Positions 35,841-43,700 of a stretch of DNA of 64,000 nucleotides are shown piece by piece. Within the stretch, counting starts at the first letter, position 1; every line of letters begins with the position of its first letter. Made by a program: the position numbers and the translations under genes. Below the pieces are notes generated by a model that saw only the letters and a program-made list of their open reading frames with translations, did not search any database and was not told the DNA's origin. Source of the stretch: an uncultured Leptolinea sp. (GTDB lineage: Bacteria; Chloroflexota; Anaerolineae; Anaerolineales; Anaerolineaceae); assembly GCA_964387025.1 (NCBI GenBank), contig CAYLUZ010000003.1, positions 261,828 through 325,827 of the forward strand, in the 5' to 3' direction.

Positions 35841-36846
35841 ATTCGTCACCTCCACTACCCGCAATTACAATCTCACCAGCTTCTTCCAGGGATCTTACCG
35901 CATCAACAATTCTCCGTTGAGCAGTATAAACGTTCTTTGCCAACTGAGGCCCTAATACTTCAATTTCCTCCCGCAGGTTCTCAGCAGCTCGTTCTGATAG
36001 ATTTCTAAAAACCAGTTCTCTTAATTTTTCCTGGGCAGCTTTTAACGAAAGGGCCAGATCTGCTTTGGGGACATCGCGCAAAACACGCTGCATGGTCTTA
36101 TCGTCCAGCTTCACCAGGTCATCAAAAGTGAACATATTGGAGTGGATTTCCTCAACAAGTTTGGGATCGGTAGTATCCAACGCCTCGAAGATCGTTTTTT
36201 GGACACCGCGGTCCACCTGGTTCATCATTTTCACCAGAAAAGATACGCCGCCGGTTGCACGAAAGTCGGCTTCATTTAATACCCCTGAAAGCTTATTCTT
36301 CAGGTTTTTTTCGACTACCTGAACTACCTGGGGAGATACCCTATCCATTGCGGCAAGGCGTAATACCACTTCAATTTGCAGGTCTTTTGGAAAGCTAGTT
36401 AATATATCCGCGGCAACCTTTGCTTCAAGGTAAGAGAGCACCAGGGCAATGGTCTGGGGCAATTCATCCTGCAACAGAGTCGCTACCTGGGCCGGGTTCG
36501 CATTGCGCAGCATCTCAAAAGAGGATAACTGTTGATGAGCAGAAATTCGTTCGAGGATCTCAGCACCACGACGCGGGCCAACTGCTCTGGATAATAGTTG
36601 GCGGCTATATTCTGCACCGCCTCCTTTCATTCCAGCTCCGCTTACAGTTAGTTCGTACGCCTCTTGCATCACCTGCCTGCGAGAATCTGCTGGAACATTA
36701 CCAGCTTTGCTTAATGACATTAATACCTGTTCAATTTCTCCTTCTCCAAGATATTGCAATACTTTTGAGGAGAGATCTACTCCGAGTGTCAGCAACAAGG
36801 CTGTAGCTTTTTCCAAGCCATTGGGGGATAACAAGGCATCAGTCAT
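35824..36846 (-). CDS. fliG: Flagellar motor switch protein FliG
   Basis: 'LEKATALLLTLGVDLSSKVLQYL', 'FTFDDLVKLDDKTMQRVLRDV', 'ERAAENLREEIE'. ATG at 36846 overlaps the fliF stop (TAATG). Confidence 0.9.
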   Translation of the reverse strand: MTDALLSPNGLEKATALLLTLGVDLSSKVLQYLGEGEIEQVLMSLSKAGNVPADSRRQVMQEAYELTVSGAGMKGGGAEYSRQLLSRAVGPRRGAEILERISAHQQLSSFEMLRNANPAQVATLLQDELPQTIALVLSYLEAKVAADILTSFPKDLQIEVVLRLAAMDRVSPQVVQVVEKNLKNKLSGVLNEADFRATGGVSFLVKMMNQVDRGVQKTIFEALDTTDPKLVEEIHSNMFTFDDLVKLDDKTMQRVLRDVPKADLALSLKAAQEKLRELVFRNLSERAAENLREEIEVLGPQLAKNVYTAQRRIVDAVRSLEEAGEIVIAGSGGDEYEVIA

Positions 36847-38474
36847 TAACGGTTCCCGTCTTCCGCCAACCAAAGTTGAATGATCTCAGCAACGCTGGCA
36901 GGGTTTTCTTCTGTCATTCGTGTTAGTACTTTTTGCAATTGCTCATCTTCAGGGTTGTGTTGTTCCATTTTGAAGGTTGATTCGATTTTTGGCTGAGAGC
37001 CTTGTGACTGTTGTAGCAATGGACTAGCTGAATTATTGGTTAACATCGGTGAGTTATGACCGGATAAAGCGGTGGCAGATAATGGTTTCATTACTGGAAC
37101 CCACGCATCTGAAGATGCTAGTCGAAGATTCTTTAGGAGTCTCTGTACATACCATAAGATCAGGAATAGTAATATGACCGCTCCGGCAATTTCACCGATC
37201 TTGTAATACAGTTCTGTATTTGAACTTTTTGATAAAACTTCTTCCTGTTGAGTGGCAAAGCTTGTATCAAAAGTTGTATTTTCAACCACAAGCTTATCGC
37301 CACGGGTTTCATCGATGCCTACAGCAGCGGAGACGGCACTTTTTAAGGTGGTTAATTGAGCCTGATCGGTCACATTATCGACGAGGACACTTAATGAAAT
37401 CCGTTTTACTGTTCCAGGCGAAAATATCTCGTGTGTTTGGGAGGTGGATAACTCATAATTGGTGACTTCATCAGACCTGGTGTAATTGGAAGAACTTGCT
37501 CCTGCGGCGGTAGTTGCCACCGGTGTGGGGAGGTTGCTGCTGGCTCCGGGAACTCCACCGGTTGCACCACCTGATGTAGTGTAATTTTCGGTAGTTTTTT
37601 GCGAACTACGAATGGCTGGTGTAGGTTCTACCTTTTGAGAGGTAGTCTCTTTTTGAGTCCAATCCAAAGATACATCGGCTTGTACAACTGCCCGGTTGGG
37701 ACCCAACACTTGAGCAAGCAGTAGTTCAACTTTATTTTGTATGTTTATTGCTGCTGCACCTTCTGCTGCACGACGGCTGTCTGTTTGGGCAACTGCCGAT
37801 GCCTCACCAGAAGATCCAGCACCAGAAGCCAGCATCCTGCCGGCGGAATCTACGATCACTACATTCTCCGGTTTTAATCCTTCAATACTACTGGCTGCCA
37901 GGTGCGCGATGGCAGAAACTTGGGCTGAATCTAATGTTTTTCCCGGTGCCAGTTTAACCATGATCGAAGCGGTGGTTACAGATTGGTCACCTGTAAGTAA
38001 TGTTTTTTCTGGTGTGACGATGTGCACCTGGACAGCTTGAACCGCACTCAAGCTACCGATAGTTCTTTCCAGTTCACCCTCCAGAGCACGTTGATAATTG
38101 ATCTTTTGGGTAAACTCAGTCATTCCGAGTGTGTTGCTGCCAAATAGTTCGAGGCCGACCGTACCATTTGAAGGTAGTCCGTCTCGCGCCATCTGGAGTC
38201 TGACCTCATAAACCTGATTTTCTGGAACCAGGATGGTACCAGTACCACTTAATTTATAGGGAATATTTGCTTCAGCCAATTTTTGAACAACCTGGCCCGC
38301 ATCTTCTTCAGACATCCCGGTAAATGCAACAGAATAGCTAGGGGCTGTAGCCCAGGTAACGATCAAGGGGATCACTATTACTGCGGCCAGGACCAGGGCG
38401 ATCAGGGTGATCTTCTGCGATGTGCTCTGGTGACTCCAGAATGAGCCTACTTGTTGTTGCAAAGGTGTGGTCAT
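36846..38474 (-). CDS. fliF: MS-ring protein FliF
   Basis: 542 aa with an N-terminal TM segment, 'YQRALEGELERTIGSL' and a second TM segment near 'IGEIAGAVILLFLILWYV'. Confidence 0.9.
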   Translation of the reverse strand: MTTPLQQQVGSFWSHQSTSQKITLIALVLAAVIVIPLIVTWATAPSYSVAFTGMSEEDAGQVVQKLAEANIPYKLSGTGTILVPENQVYEVRLQMARDGLPSNGTVGLELFGSNTLGMTEFTQKINYQRALEGELERTIGSLSAVQAVQVHIVTPEKTLLTGDQSVTTASIMVKLAPGKTLDSAQVSAIAHLAASSIEGLKPENVVIVDSAGRMLASGAGSSGEASAVAQTDSRRAAEGAAAINIQNKVELLLAQVLGPNRAVVQADVSLDWTQKETTSQKVEPTPAIRSSQKTTENYTTSGGATGGVPGASSNLPTPVATTAAGASSSNYTRSDEVTNYELSTSQTHEIFSPGTVKRISLSVLVDNVTDQAQLTTLKSAVSAAVGIDETRGDKLVVENTTFDTSFATQQEEVLSKSSNTELYYKIGEIAGAVILLFLILWYVQRLLKNLRLASSDAWVPVMKPLSATALSGHNSPMLTNNSASPLLQQSQGSQPKIESTFKMEQHNPEDEQLQKVLTRMTEENPASVAEIIQLWLAEDGNR

Positions 38475-38498
38475 AATTCCCTTTTAATAAGAAATATC

Positions 38499-38798
38499 TT
38501 AGATACTCATCCGCATCATTTCGCGGTATGCATCCACTAATTTGTCACGGATGGCGAGGGCGACCCGGAAATTGACATCATTCTCTTCTGTTGCGATCAT
38601 CACCTGGTGGAGGTCAACATCCTGTCCGCTGGCTAACTTGGAAATGAGTCCATCTGTTTCCAATTGGCTTTGATTCAATGAATCCAGAACTTGACCAAAG
38701 GATTGGGTAACCTGATCCAACCCAGATACGTGTTTTTTGGTTAATGTGCGTTCGGTTAAGGTAACATTGTTTACTGATGATATAGATGAAATATCCAT
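38499..38798 (-). CDS. fliE: Hook-basal body complex protein FliE
   Basis: 99 aa. The C-terminal 'LHQVMIATEENDVNFRVALAIRDKLVDAYREMMRM' is the FliE signature. Confidence 0.75.
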   Translation of the reverse strand: MDISSISSVNNVTLTERTLTKKHVSGLDQVTQSFGQVLDSLNQSQLETDGLISKLASGQDVDLHQVMIATEENDVNFRVALAIRDKLVDAYREMMRMSI

Positions 38799-38821
38799 AT
38801 TATTTTCCTCTTAGCGGAAGA

Positions 38822-39283
38822 TCAACGACCAATATCCAATGCTTTTAATGCCATACGTTTGGCGGCATCGATCACACTGAGATTGGCTTCATACGATCGT
38901 GTTGCTGATAGCATATTCGTCATTTCAACGACAAGATTGACATTTGGGTATGTTACATAGCCTTCTTTGTCTGCATCAGGGTGGTTGGGGTCATATACAC
39001 GTGGACCAGCTTCCTGGTCGGTTACCACCTGTGAAACTACGACACCACCAGATTGTTGACCCTGACTGGCTACAGGAGAATTGTTTAATCGTGCTGCGAT
39101 GAAACCGGGCAAGTGAGAAGCTGGACCCTGGGGAGAAAACACAACATCCTGCCTTTTATATGCGCCACCTTCAGCAGTTCTGGTGGTTTGAGCGTTGGCG
39201 ATGTTATTGGAGATCATATCCAACCTTAATCGCTGGGCAGATAATCCGGAAGCACTAATGCGTAAACTATTCCAAAAGCTCAT
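38822..39283 (-). CDS. flgC: Proximal rod protein FlgC
   Basis: 'LRISASGLSAQRLRLDMISNNIANAQTT' and C-terminal 'YPNVNLVVEMTNMLSATRSYEANL'. Confidence 0.9.
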   Translation of the reverse strand: MSFWNSLRISASGLSAQRLRLDMISNNIANAQTTRTAEGGAYKRQDVVFSPQGPASHLPGFIAARLNNSPVASQGQQSGGVVVSQVVTDQEAGPRVYDPNHPDADKEGYVTYPNVNLVVEMTNMLSATRSYEANLSVIDAAKRMALKALDIGR

Positions 39284-39400
39284 ACTATTCTCCAGACGAA
39301 ACTAATTTCTAGTATCATCCTAACACCCTGGAATACTTAGGGCAGTAAAGCTATTGTGAACTTGGAATAAATTTTTTGTAAAGAGGGATTTTAAATACAT

Positions 39401-39424
39401 CCTGGGGCAATGGAATGCCCCTGG
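39401..39424 (-). terminator. Weak hairpin downstream of fliS
   Basis: GGGGCA-atggaa-TGCCCC (6 bp, extendable by 2 bp across one mismatch), 45 nt after the fliS stop. Only a modestly U-rich tail. Confidence 0.3.
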
Positions 39425-39465
39425 CGGATGTCATGTATTGCGAAGAGTCGAGTTTGTGGTGATTG

Positions 39466-39825
39466 TTATGCAGATCTCCGGGTTTGTTGTACTGTAGGAG
39501 CTGCAATGGGAGATAGATTCTTTTCTGTCTGAGCCCAGGCGTTTCGTAAATCTGTAAGGGATGAGATCACACTTTTATAATCACCCTGGCGGATACAATC
39601 CAGGCACCATTGGTAGAGCCTAAACAAGCCGACAGATACTTCAGGATAATCAAAATTCAATGCATCACGTAAAACGGAGATCGACTTTGTGGCACGTTCG
39701 AAATCTTGCTGCTCACAAGCGGTGATTGCCAGGGTATAAGCCATCACCACTAATCGAATTGGGCTGGCGCCCATCACGTCTTGTGTTCGATATTCCTGGC
39801 TTCTGTAAGATGCTTGTTGATACAC
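39466..39825 (-). CDS. fliS: Flagellin-specific chaperone FliS
   Basis: 'ASPIRLVVMAYTLAITACEQ...ATKSISVLRDALNFD...VGLFRLYQWCLDCI'. GTG start preceded by AGGAG. Confidence 0.85.
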   Translation of the reverse strand: MYQQASYRSQEYRTQDVMGASPIRLVVMAYTLAITACEQQDFERATKSISVLRDALNFDYPEVSVGLFRLYQWCLDCIRQGDYKSVISSLTDLRNAWAQTEKNLSPIAAPTVQQTRRSA

Positions 39826-39868
39826 GGCTTTACTCCTGGTTTAATATTTGTTTATCGCTCTGGTTCTG

Positions 39869-39895
39869 TTATCGGCCAGAATATGCATGGCTGAA
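39869..39895 (-). promoter_or_regulatory. Sigma-28-type promoter upstream of fliS
   Basis: On the - strand there is a perfect 8/8 -10 box GCCGATAA (rc of 39869-39876), 44 nt upstream of the fliS start. The -35 at N15 is only TTCA. Confidence 0.4.
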
Positions 39896-39939
39896 CAATC
39901 ATGACGTAAAAAACATCTAAATTTTCAGCAGCCTGATGG

Positions 39940-40272
39940 TCAGGCGAAATAATCGAAGAGATTGCCGCCCTGGAAACTACCCATCTCTTCTGGGGGGATG
40001 GAGCGAATCACTTTCTTACTCTCTCGATCGACCACCAGGATAGTGATCGCATGGGTGTCATCATCGACGAGGAATCTTAAGCTGACATCTCCACTGAGAA
40101 CGGCGGTATGTTTCGGGGGTTCAGGTTTTTTCTCTTCGACTTTATTCTCGACAGGTTTTGCTTGTTGTTCCGGTTGTTTAATTGGAGCGGTTTGCTGTTG
40201 GATAACAATTGCAGCACTACCAGCCTGTCCTATATCTACACTACTTATTTTAGGTACTTGTTCAATTGACAT
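39940..40272 (-). CDS. flaG: Flagellar protein FlaG
   Basis: 'SLRFLVDDDTHAITILVVDRESKKVIRSIPPEEM' is the FlaG family block. ATG at 40272 follows GGAGGG. Confidence 0.75.
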   Translation of the reverse strand: MSIEQVPKISSVDIGQAGSAAIVIQQQTAPIKQPEQQAKPVENKVEEKKPEPPKHTAVLSGDVSLRFLVDDDTHAITILVVDRESKKVIRSIPPEEMGSFQGGNLFDYFA

Positions 40273-40359
40273 TTTGCCCTCCGGCATCCTTGCCTTCGTC
40301 TACTATACTTGCTATCCTTAGCCCGTCTTCGATGCAGTTGTGTTGCTAGGGCGGTTCTA

Positions 40360-42060
40360 CTATCCTGATGTATTGATAGAGCCATAAATACTATTTAACA
40401 TCTGTCTTTCATAGGCCATTGATTGAATTTGATTTTGTGCATCAGTAAATTGGTTGATCAAATTTTGTTGTCGCATTTCCAACCGAACTTTCATACTCTT
40501 GATCAGGTCATCCATTGACTTGGTCTGGGAATCAGTGGAAACAATGGATTGGTCCACATAACTCTTCGTTCCAACATAATTATTCAATTTCGATTGTAAG
40601 TTATTCATTAATCCGTCAAGCAAATACTTGACATCATTCGGGTTTGAGGCCAGCGCTTTTTCAAGCTTCCCTGCATCCGAGAGCATGGCAGTCATACTAT
40701 CACCGATGGTGACACCGATATCGCTTAATTTTTTGAATGTGCCATTGTTGGATATATTCCCGCCAGTCATTCTAAACAGGTCATACCGCAAGGTGGAGAT
40801 CGCCTGGTCAGAAGATAGGGTTCCCCGGGTGTATGTACCGTCTGCATTTTTGGTCACTCCGGCTTTCTGACCGATGAAACTGGTCAGTGCGTTGAACTTG
40901 GTCAGGAAATCATTGAGGGTATTCTTCTGAGGAGAGGAATCTCCACTGATCAGCATGGTGGCGCTTTTTCCCTGGGCATCACTCGCCAGGTTCAAAGTGA
41001 CCCCTGAGATCACATCAGTCAATCCGGTATTGGTGCTGCGTGTAACCAACAGATCGTTCACATAGAATGAAGAGTTTACCCCTGCCTGCATCTGGTTCTT
41101 GAAACCACCCAGAGCGGTCAATACTCCCAATGATTCTAATGGTTCGCCACTGGCAATTACGGAGTGAGCGGTCCCGGATTCATGAGCTGAAAGTATCAGT
41201 TGTTTATCTACGATCGAAGCGCGAACACCCTGACCAACGGCATAAGCAGCATTATTGATCTTCGCCGTGATATCATTCAGCGAATCTGTTGCAACGATCT
41301 CAAGTGATGCGCCTTGTGCTGAATAGCTGATACTGGCAGCCCCGCTTGCTTTTGTTCCCGCCACGAAATCAGCACTGATGTTGAAACTCATTCCGCGGCC
41401 GGTGTCGTAACTTCCAGCTGCAGGCAATGTTTGCCAGCCCGAGGTATACGTTGAACCACCGGATGATTTGATGGATACTGCAGTTCCATTTGAATCTACT
41501 ACTCTGAACTGTTTTACCTCACCGCTAAGTTGGGTCTCAACATAATAACTGCCTGAGCCTAGTTCCTGTTGACCCACGTCAAGATTACTTGTAACAAAAG
41601 TGCTAATTGTGGTGTTGGCTGACTCTGACGCAACAGATCGAGATGCCTGTCCACCAACTATGATTGTTCCTGCAGTTAATCCCAATGCCTGATCTGTGTT
41701 TAATTGTTGATCTGATCTTACCCGATGCTCTTTGGCCAGGGAGATATTAGTTATTTTATATTCTCCTGGAACTGCAGAAGTGCTTACTGCTGCACTGGCA
41801 ACTGTGAAACCTGTTTCAATACTGGTGAAGGAAACTTTCCTTCCCGGGGTGAAGTTGTAAAACGGATCAGTGCTTTTTAATGCTGATACCGAAGATTTCA
41901 ATGAGTCCAAACGGCTTTTGAGATCAATATAGACAGCTCTCTTGATAGCCAGGTCATCCTTTTGTTTGGTCAATCTGGTTAATGGCTGTTCTTCCAATAC
42001 CATCAAATTATTGATGAGATTGGTGAAGACCGGATCAAGATTGCTGATTGTGTTTGCCAT
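40360..42060 (-). CDS. fliD: Filament cap protein FliD (carries the module shared with FlgK)
   Basis: N-terminal 'LINNLMVLEEQPLTRLTKQKDDL', C-terminal 'RLEMRQQNLINQFTDAQNQIQSM'. ATG at 42060 has the same AGGTTTGAAATG context as the flagellin genes. Confidence 0.85.
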   Translation of the reverse strand: MANTISNLDPVFTNLINNLMVLEEQPLTRLTKQKDDLAIKRAVYIDLKSRLDSLKSSVSALKSTDPFYNFTPGRKVSFTSIETGFTVASAAVSTSAVPGEYKITNISLAKEHRVRSDQQLNTDQALGLTAGTIIVGGQASRSVASESANTTISTFVTSNLDVGQQELGSGSYYVETQLSGEVKQFRVVDSNGTAVSIKSSGGSTYTSGWQTLPAAGSYDTGRGMSFNISADFVAGTKASGAASISYSAQGASLEIVATDSLNDITAKINNAAYAVGQGVRASIVDKQLILSAHESGTAHSVIASGEPLESLGVLTALGGFKNQMQAGVNSSFYVNDLLVTRSTNTGLTDVISGVTLNLASDAQGKSATMLISGDSSPQKNTLNDFLTKFNALTSFIGQKAGVTKNADGTYTRGTLSSDQAISTLRYDLFRMTGGNISNNGTFKKLSDIGVTIGDSMTAMLSDAGKLEKALASNPNDVKYLLDGLMNNLQSKLNNYVGTKSYVDQSIVSTDSQTKSMDDLIKSMKVRLEMRQQNLINQFTDAQNQIQSMAYERQMLNSIYGSINTSG

Positions 42061-42095
42061 TTCAAACCTCATTACCGTTATAATTTTATGGCTGA

Positions 42096-42125
42096 GCGGG
42101 GAGCGCCAGCGAAGGCGCCCCCCGC
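42096..42125 (-). terminator. GC-rich hairpin between flagellin 1 and fliD
   Basis: GCGGGGAGCGCC-agcgaa-GGCGCCCCCCGC (11 of 12 pairs) in an otherwise AT-rich spacer. No clear U-tract on either strand. Confidence 0.4.
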
Positions 42126-42132
42126 ATTCGAA

Positions 42133-42159
42133 CCATCGGCGGAACTACAGTGTTATTTG
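42133..42159 (-). promoter_or_regulatory. Possible sigma-28-type promoter for fliD
   Basis: - strand CAAA-N15-GCCGATGG, immediately after the flagellin 1 stop. Confidence 0.3.
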
Positions 42160-42165
42160 CTCCTT

Positions 42166-43413
42166 CTATCTGAAGAGTGAGAGGAGGAACTGTGGTGCGG
42201 CGTTAGCCTGGGCTAACATGGCGGTGGCTGTCTGCTGCAGTATCATCAGCTTGGAAGCATTGACCTGTTCTTCTGCCATGTTGGCGTTCATGATCCGGTT
42301 ATAAGAAGCTTCAACGTTGATCTGTGAAGTGGAGATCTGGTCTTCCTTGAAGTTTAACCGTGATGTGAGTGCGCCGATCTTGGAGAGGTTGGTATTGACG
42401 GTATTGATGGCGGACTCGACAGTATTCATATAGGCTGCGTACTGGTCGTTGGTCGTGGCTGCGATCTGGGCGGTTCCTACTTTAGTGTAGGACACTGCTT
42501 GAACAGCATGGGTTCCGGCAGCAAGGGTATCAGCTGCACCAACGACGACTCTCAAACCGTTACCAAAATCGACTGTACTGGCTGCACCATTGGTATAAGT
42601 GAATGCCAGTGCAGAGCCTGTAGCGCCACCGTCGACGCCATTCGTATCTACATCGACTGCGTTTCCACTAGAGTCGAACAGTTGGGCTGTGCTGGCTCCG
42701 GCTCCACCGCTAGCGCCGATCGTGACGCGAACAGAATAGCTGCCAGTTGCCAATTCGGCCATACCTGCACCGGAATTCGCAAATACTGCATTACCAGCGG
42801 TCGAGCTGCGAACACCGGAAGTTCCAGTTGTTAATCCGGTTGCGTCAAATGAACCGGCAACTTCGGAGGCAAGCAAATTGGTAACCAACCCTAGGGACTC
42901 TGCATCCATATTCGCAATGGCTGCCAGGTCAGTCGTTTCGCCTTCATCTGCACCGGTTTGGAACTTCAAAGTACCGGCGTTACCATCGATCAGTTTGTTG
43001 CCATTCCATTTTGTCTGGGCGACAACGTCATCGATCTGGGCTGCGTAAGCAATTAATTGGTCCTTGATAATGCCGCGCTCAGTTGCACCCATGGTATCTG
43101 ATGCAGCGGCTTCCGCTTTATTACGCATCTGGATGAGGATGTCGCTTAAGCGGCCCATTCCAGATTCAGCAACTGCCATCAGGTTCTTGGCGTCGCCGAT
43201 ATTGGAAAGAGCGGTCTTCAAACCTTCACTACGGGAAAGCATTTTTGTAGCAATCGTCAATCCGGCCGGATCGTCCGCGGCGCTGTTGATACGTTTACCG
43301 GTGGACAACCTGGTGGCATGGACCGAAAGCTGTTTGTTGATATTAGCTAATGCGTTCAGCGCGTTCATCGCGCCGATATTACCAGCGATCCTGGTGACAT
43401 CATTATCTGCCAT
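42166..43413 (-). CDS. fliC: Flagellin (copy 1)
   Basis: N-terminal 'RLSTGKRINSAADDPAGLTIATKM', C-terminal 'MAEEQVNASKLMILQQTATAMLAQANAAPQFLLSLFR'. Confidence 0.95.
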   Translation of the reverse strand: MADNDVTRIAGNIGAMNALNALANINKQLSVHATRLSTGKRINSAADDPAGLTIATKMLSRSEGLKTALSNIGDAKNLMAVAESGMGRLSDILIQMRNKAEAAASDTMGATERGIIKDQLIAYAAQIDDVVAQTKWNGNKLIDGNAGTLKFQTGADEGETTDLAAIANMDAESLGLVTNLLASEVAGSFDATGLTTGTSGVRSSTAGNAVFANSGAGMAELATGSYSVRVTIGASGGAGASTAQLFDSSGNAVDVDTNGVDGGATGSALAFTYTNGAASTVDFGNGLRVVVGAADTLAAGTHAVQAVSYTKVGTAQIAATTNDQYAAYMNTVESAINTVNTNLSKIGALTSRLNFKEDQISTSQINVEASYNRIMNANMAEEQVNASKLMILQQTATAMLAQANAAPQFLLSLFR

Positions 43414-43612
43414 TTCAAACCTCCTTGTTTGTTTGGCCGGGGATCCTTCCCCTTGTACTTCTTTGATATTGTGCGGGCTAATTATTTTCCTGGAAGACGG
43501 TCAGCCCGCTTGTCCCGTCTTCAGCGCTCGATGGTGGACTTCCATTTTCAACTGTAGTGATTTCTCAAATAAGCTGCCTCCTGAAATGATCTCGGAATGA
43601 TGCTTCTTTGTC
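43414..43612 (-). promoter_or_regulatory. Long flagellin 5' leader (copy 1) with CsrA-type GGA sites and a conserved hairpin
   Basis: mRNA sense: GGGGAAGGAUCCCC hairpin (43439-43452) presenting AAGGAU in its loop, 12 nt upstream of the SD AAGGAGG (43420-43426). Further GGA motifs are present. An 8-bp stem GAAGACGG/CCGUCUUC lies at 43493-43522. These blocks are conserved in copy 2. Confidence 0.5.
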
Positions 43613-43620
43613 TGTTACTG

Positions 43621-43647
43621 GTATCGTCAGTATGCTGATAATCTTTA
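43621..43647 (-). promoter_or_regulatory. Sigma-28-type promoter of flagellin 1
   Basis: - strand TAAA-N15-GACGATAC (consensus TAAA-N15-GCCGATAA). Confidence 0.55.
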
Positions 43648-43700
43648 ATTTTGATTTATAAATATTACGTAAAATTTGACATTTGTATTATTTACTCCCG

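Noticed and set aside
43473-43479. A possible pseudoknot in flagellin leader 1: the loop GCGGGCU of the conserved stem pairing with the downstream AGCCCGC
   Set aside because: The downstream partner is not conserved in leader 2 (AAGCUCU there), so comparison of the paralogues does not support it.
43064-43600. Long + strand ORFs antisense to the flagellin 5' regions (43064-43600 and its twin 44614-45213), apparently conserved between the two copies
   Set aside because: Their conservation follows trivially from the tandem duplication. They lie antisense to strongly supported genes, have no SD, and their sequences are low-complexity Ala/Ser-rich mirror translations.
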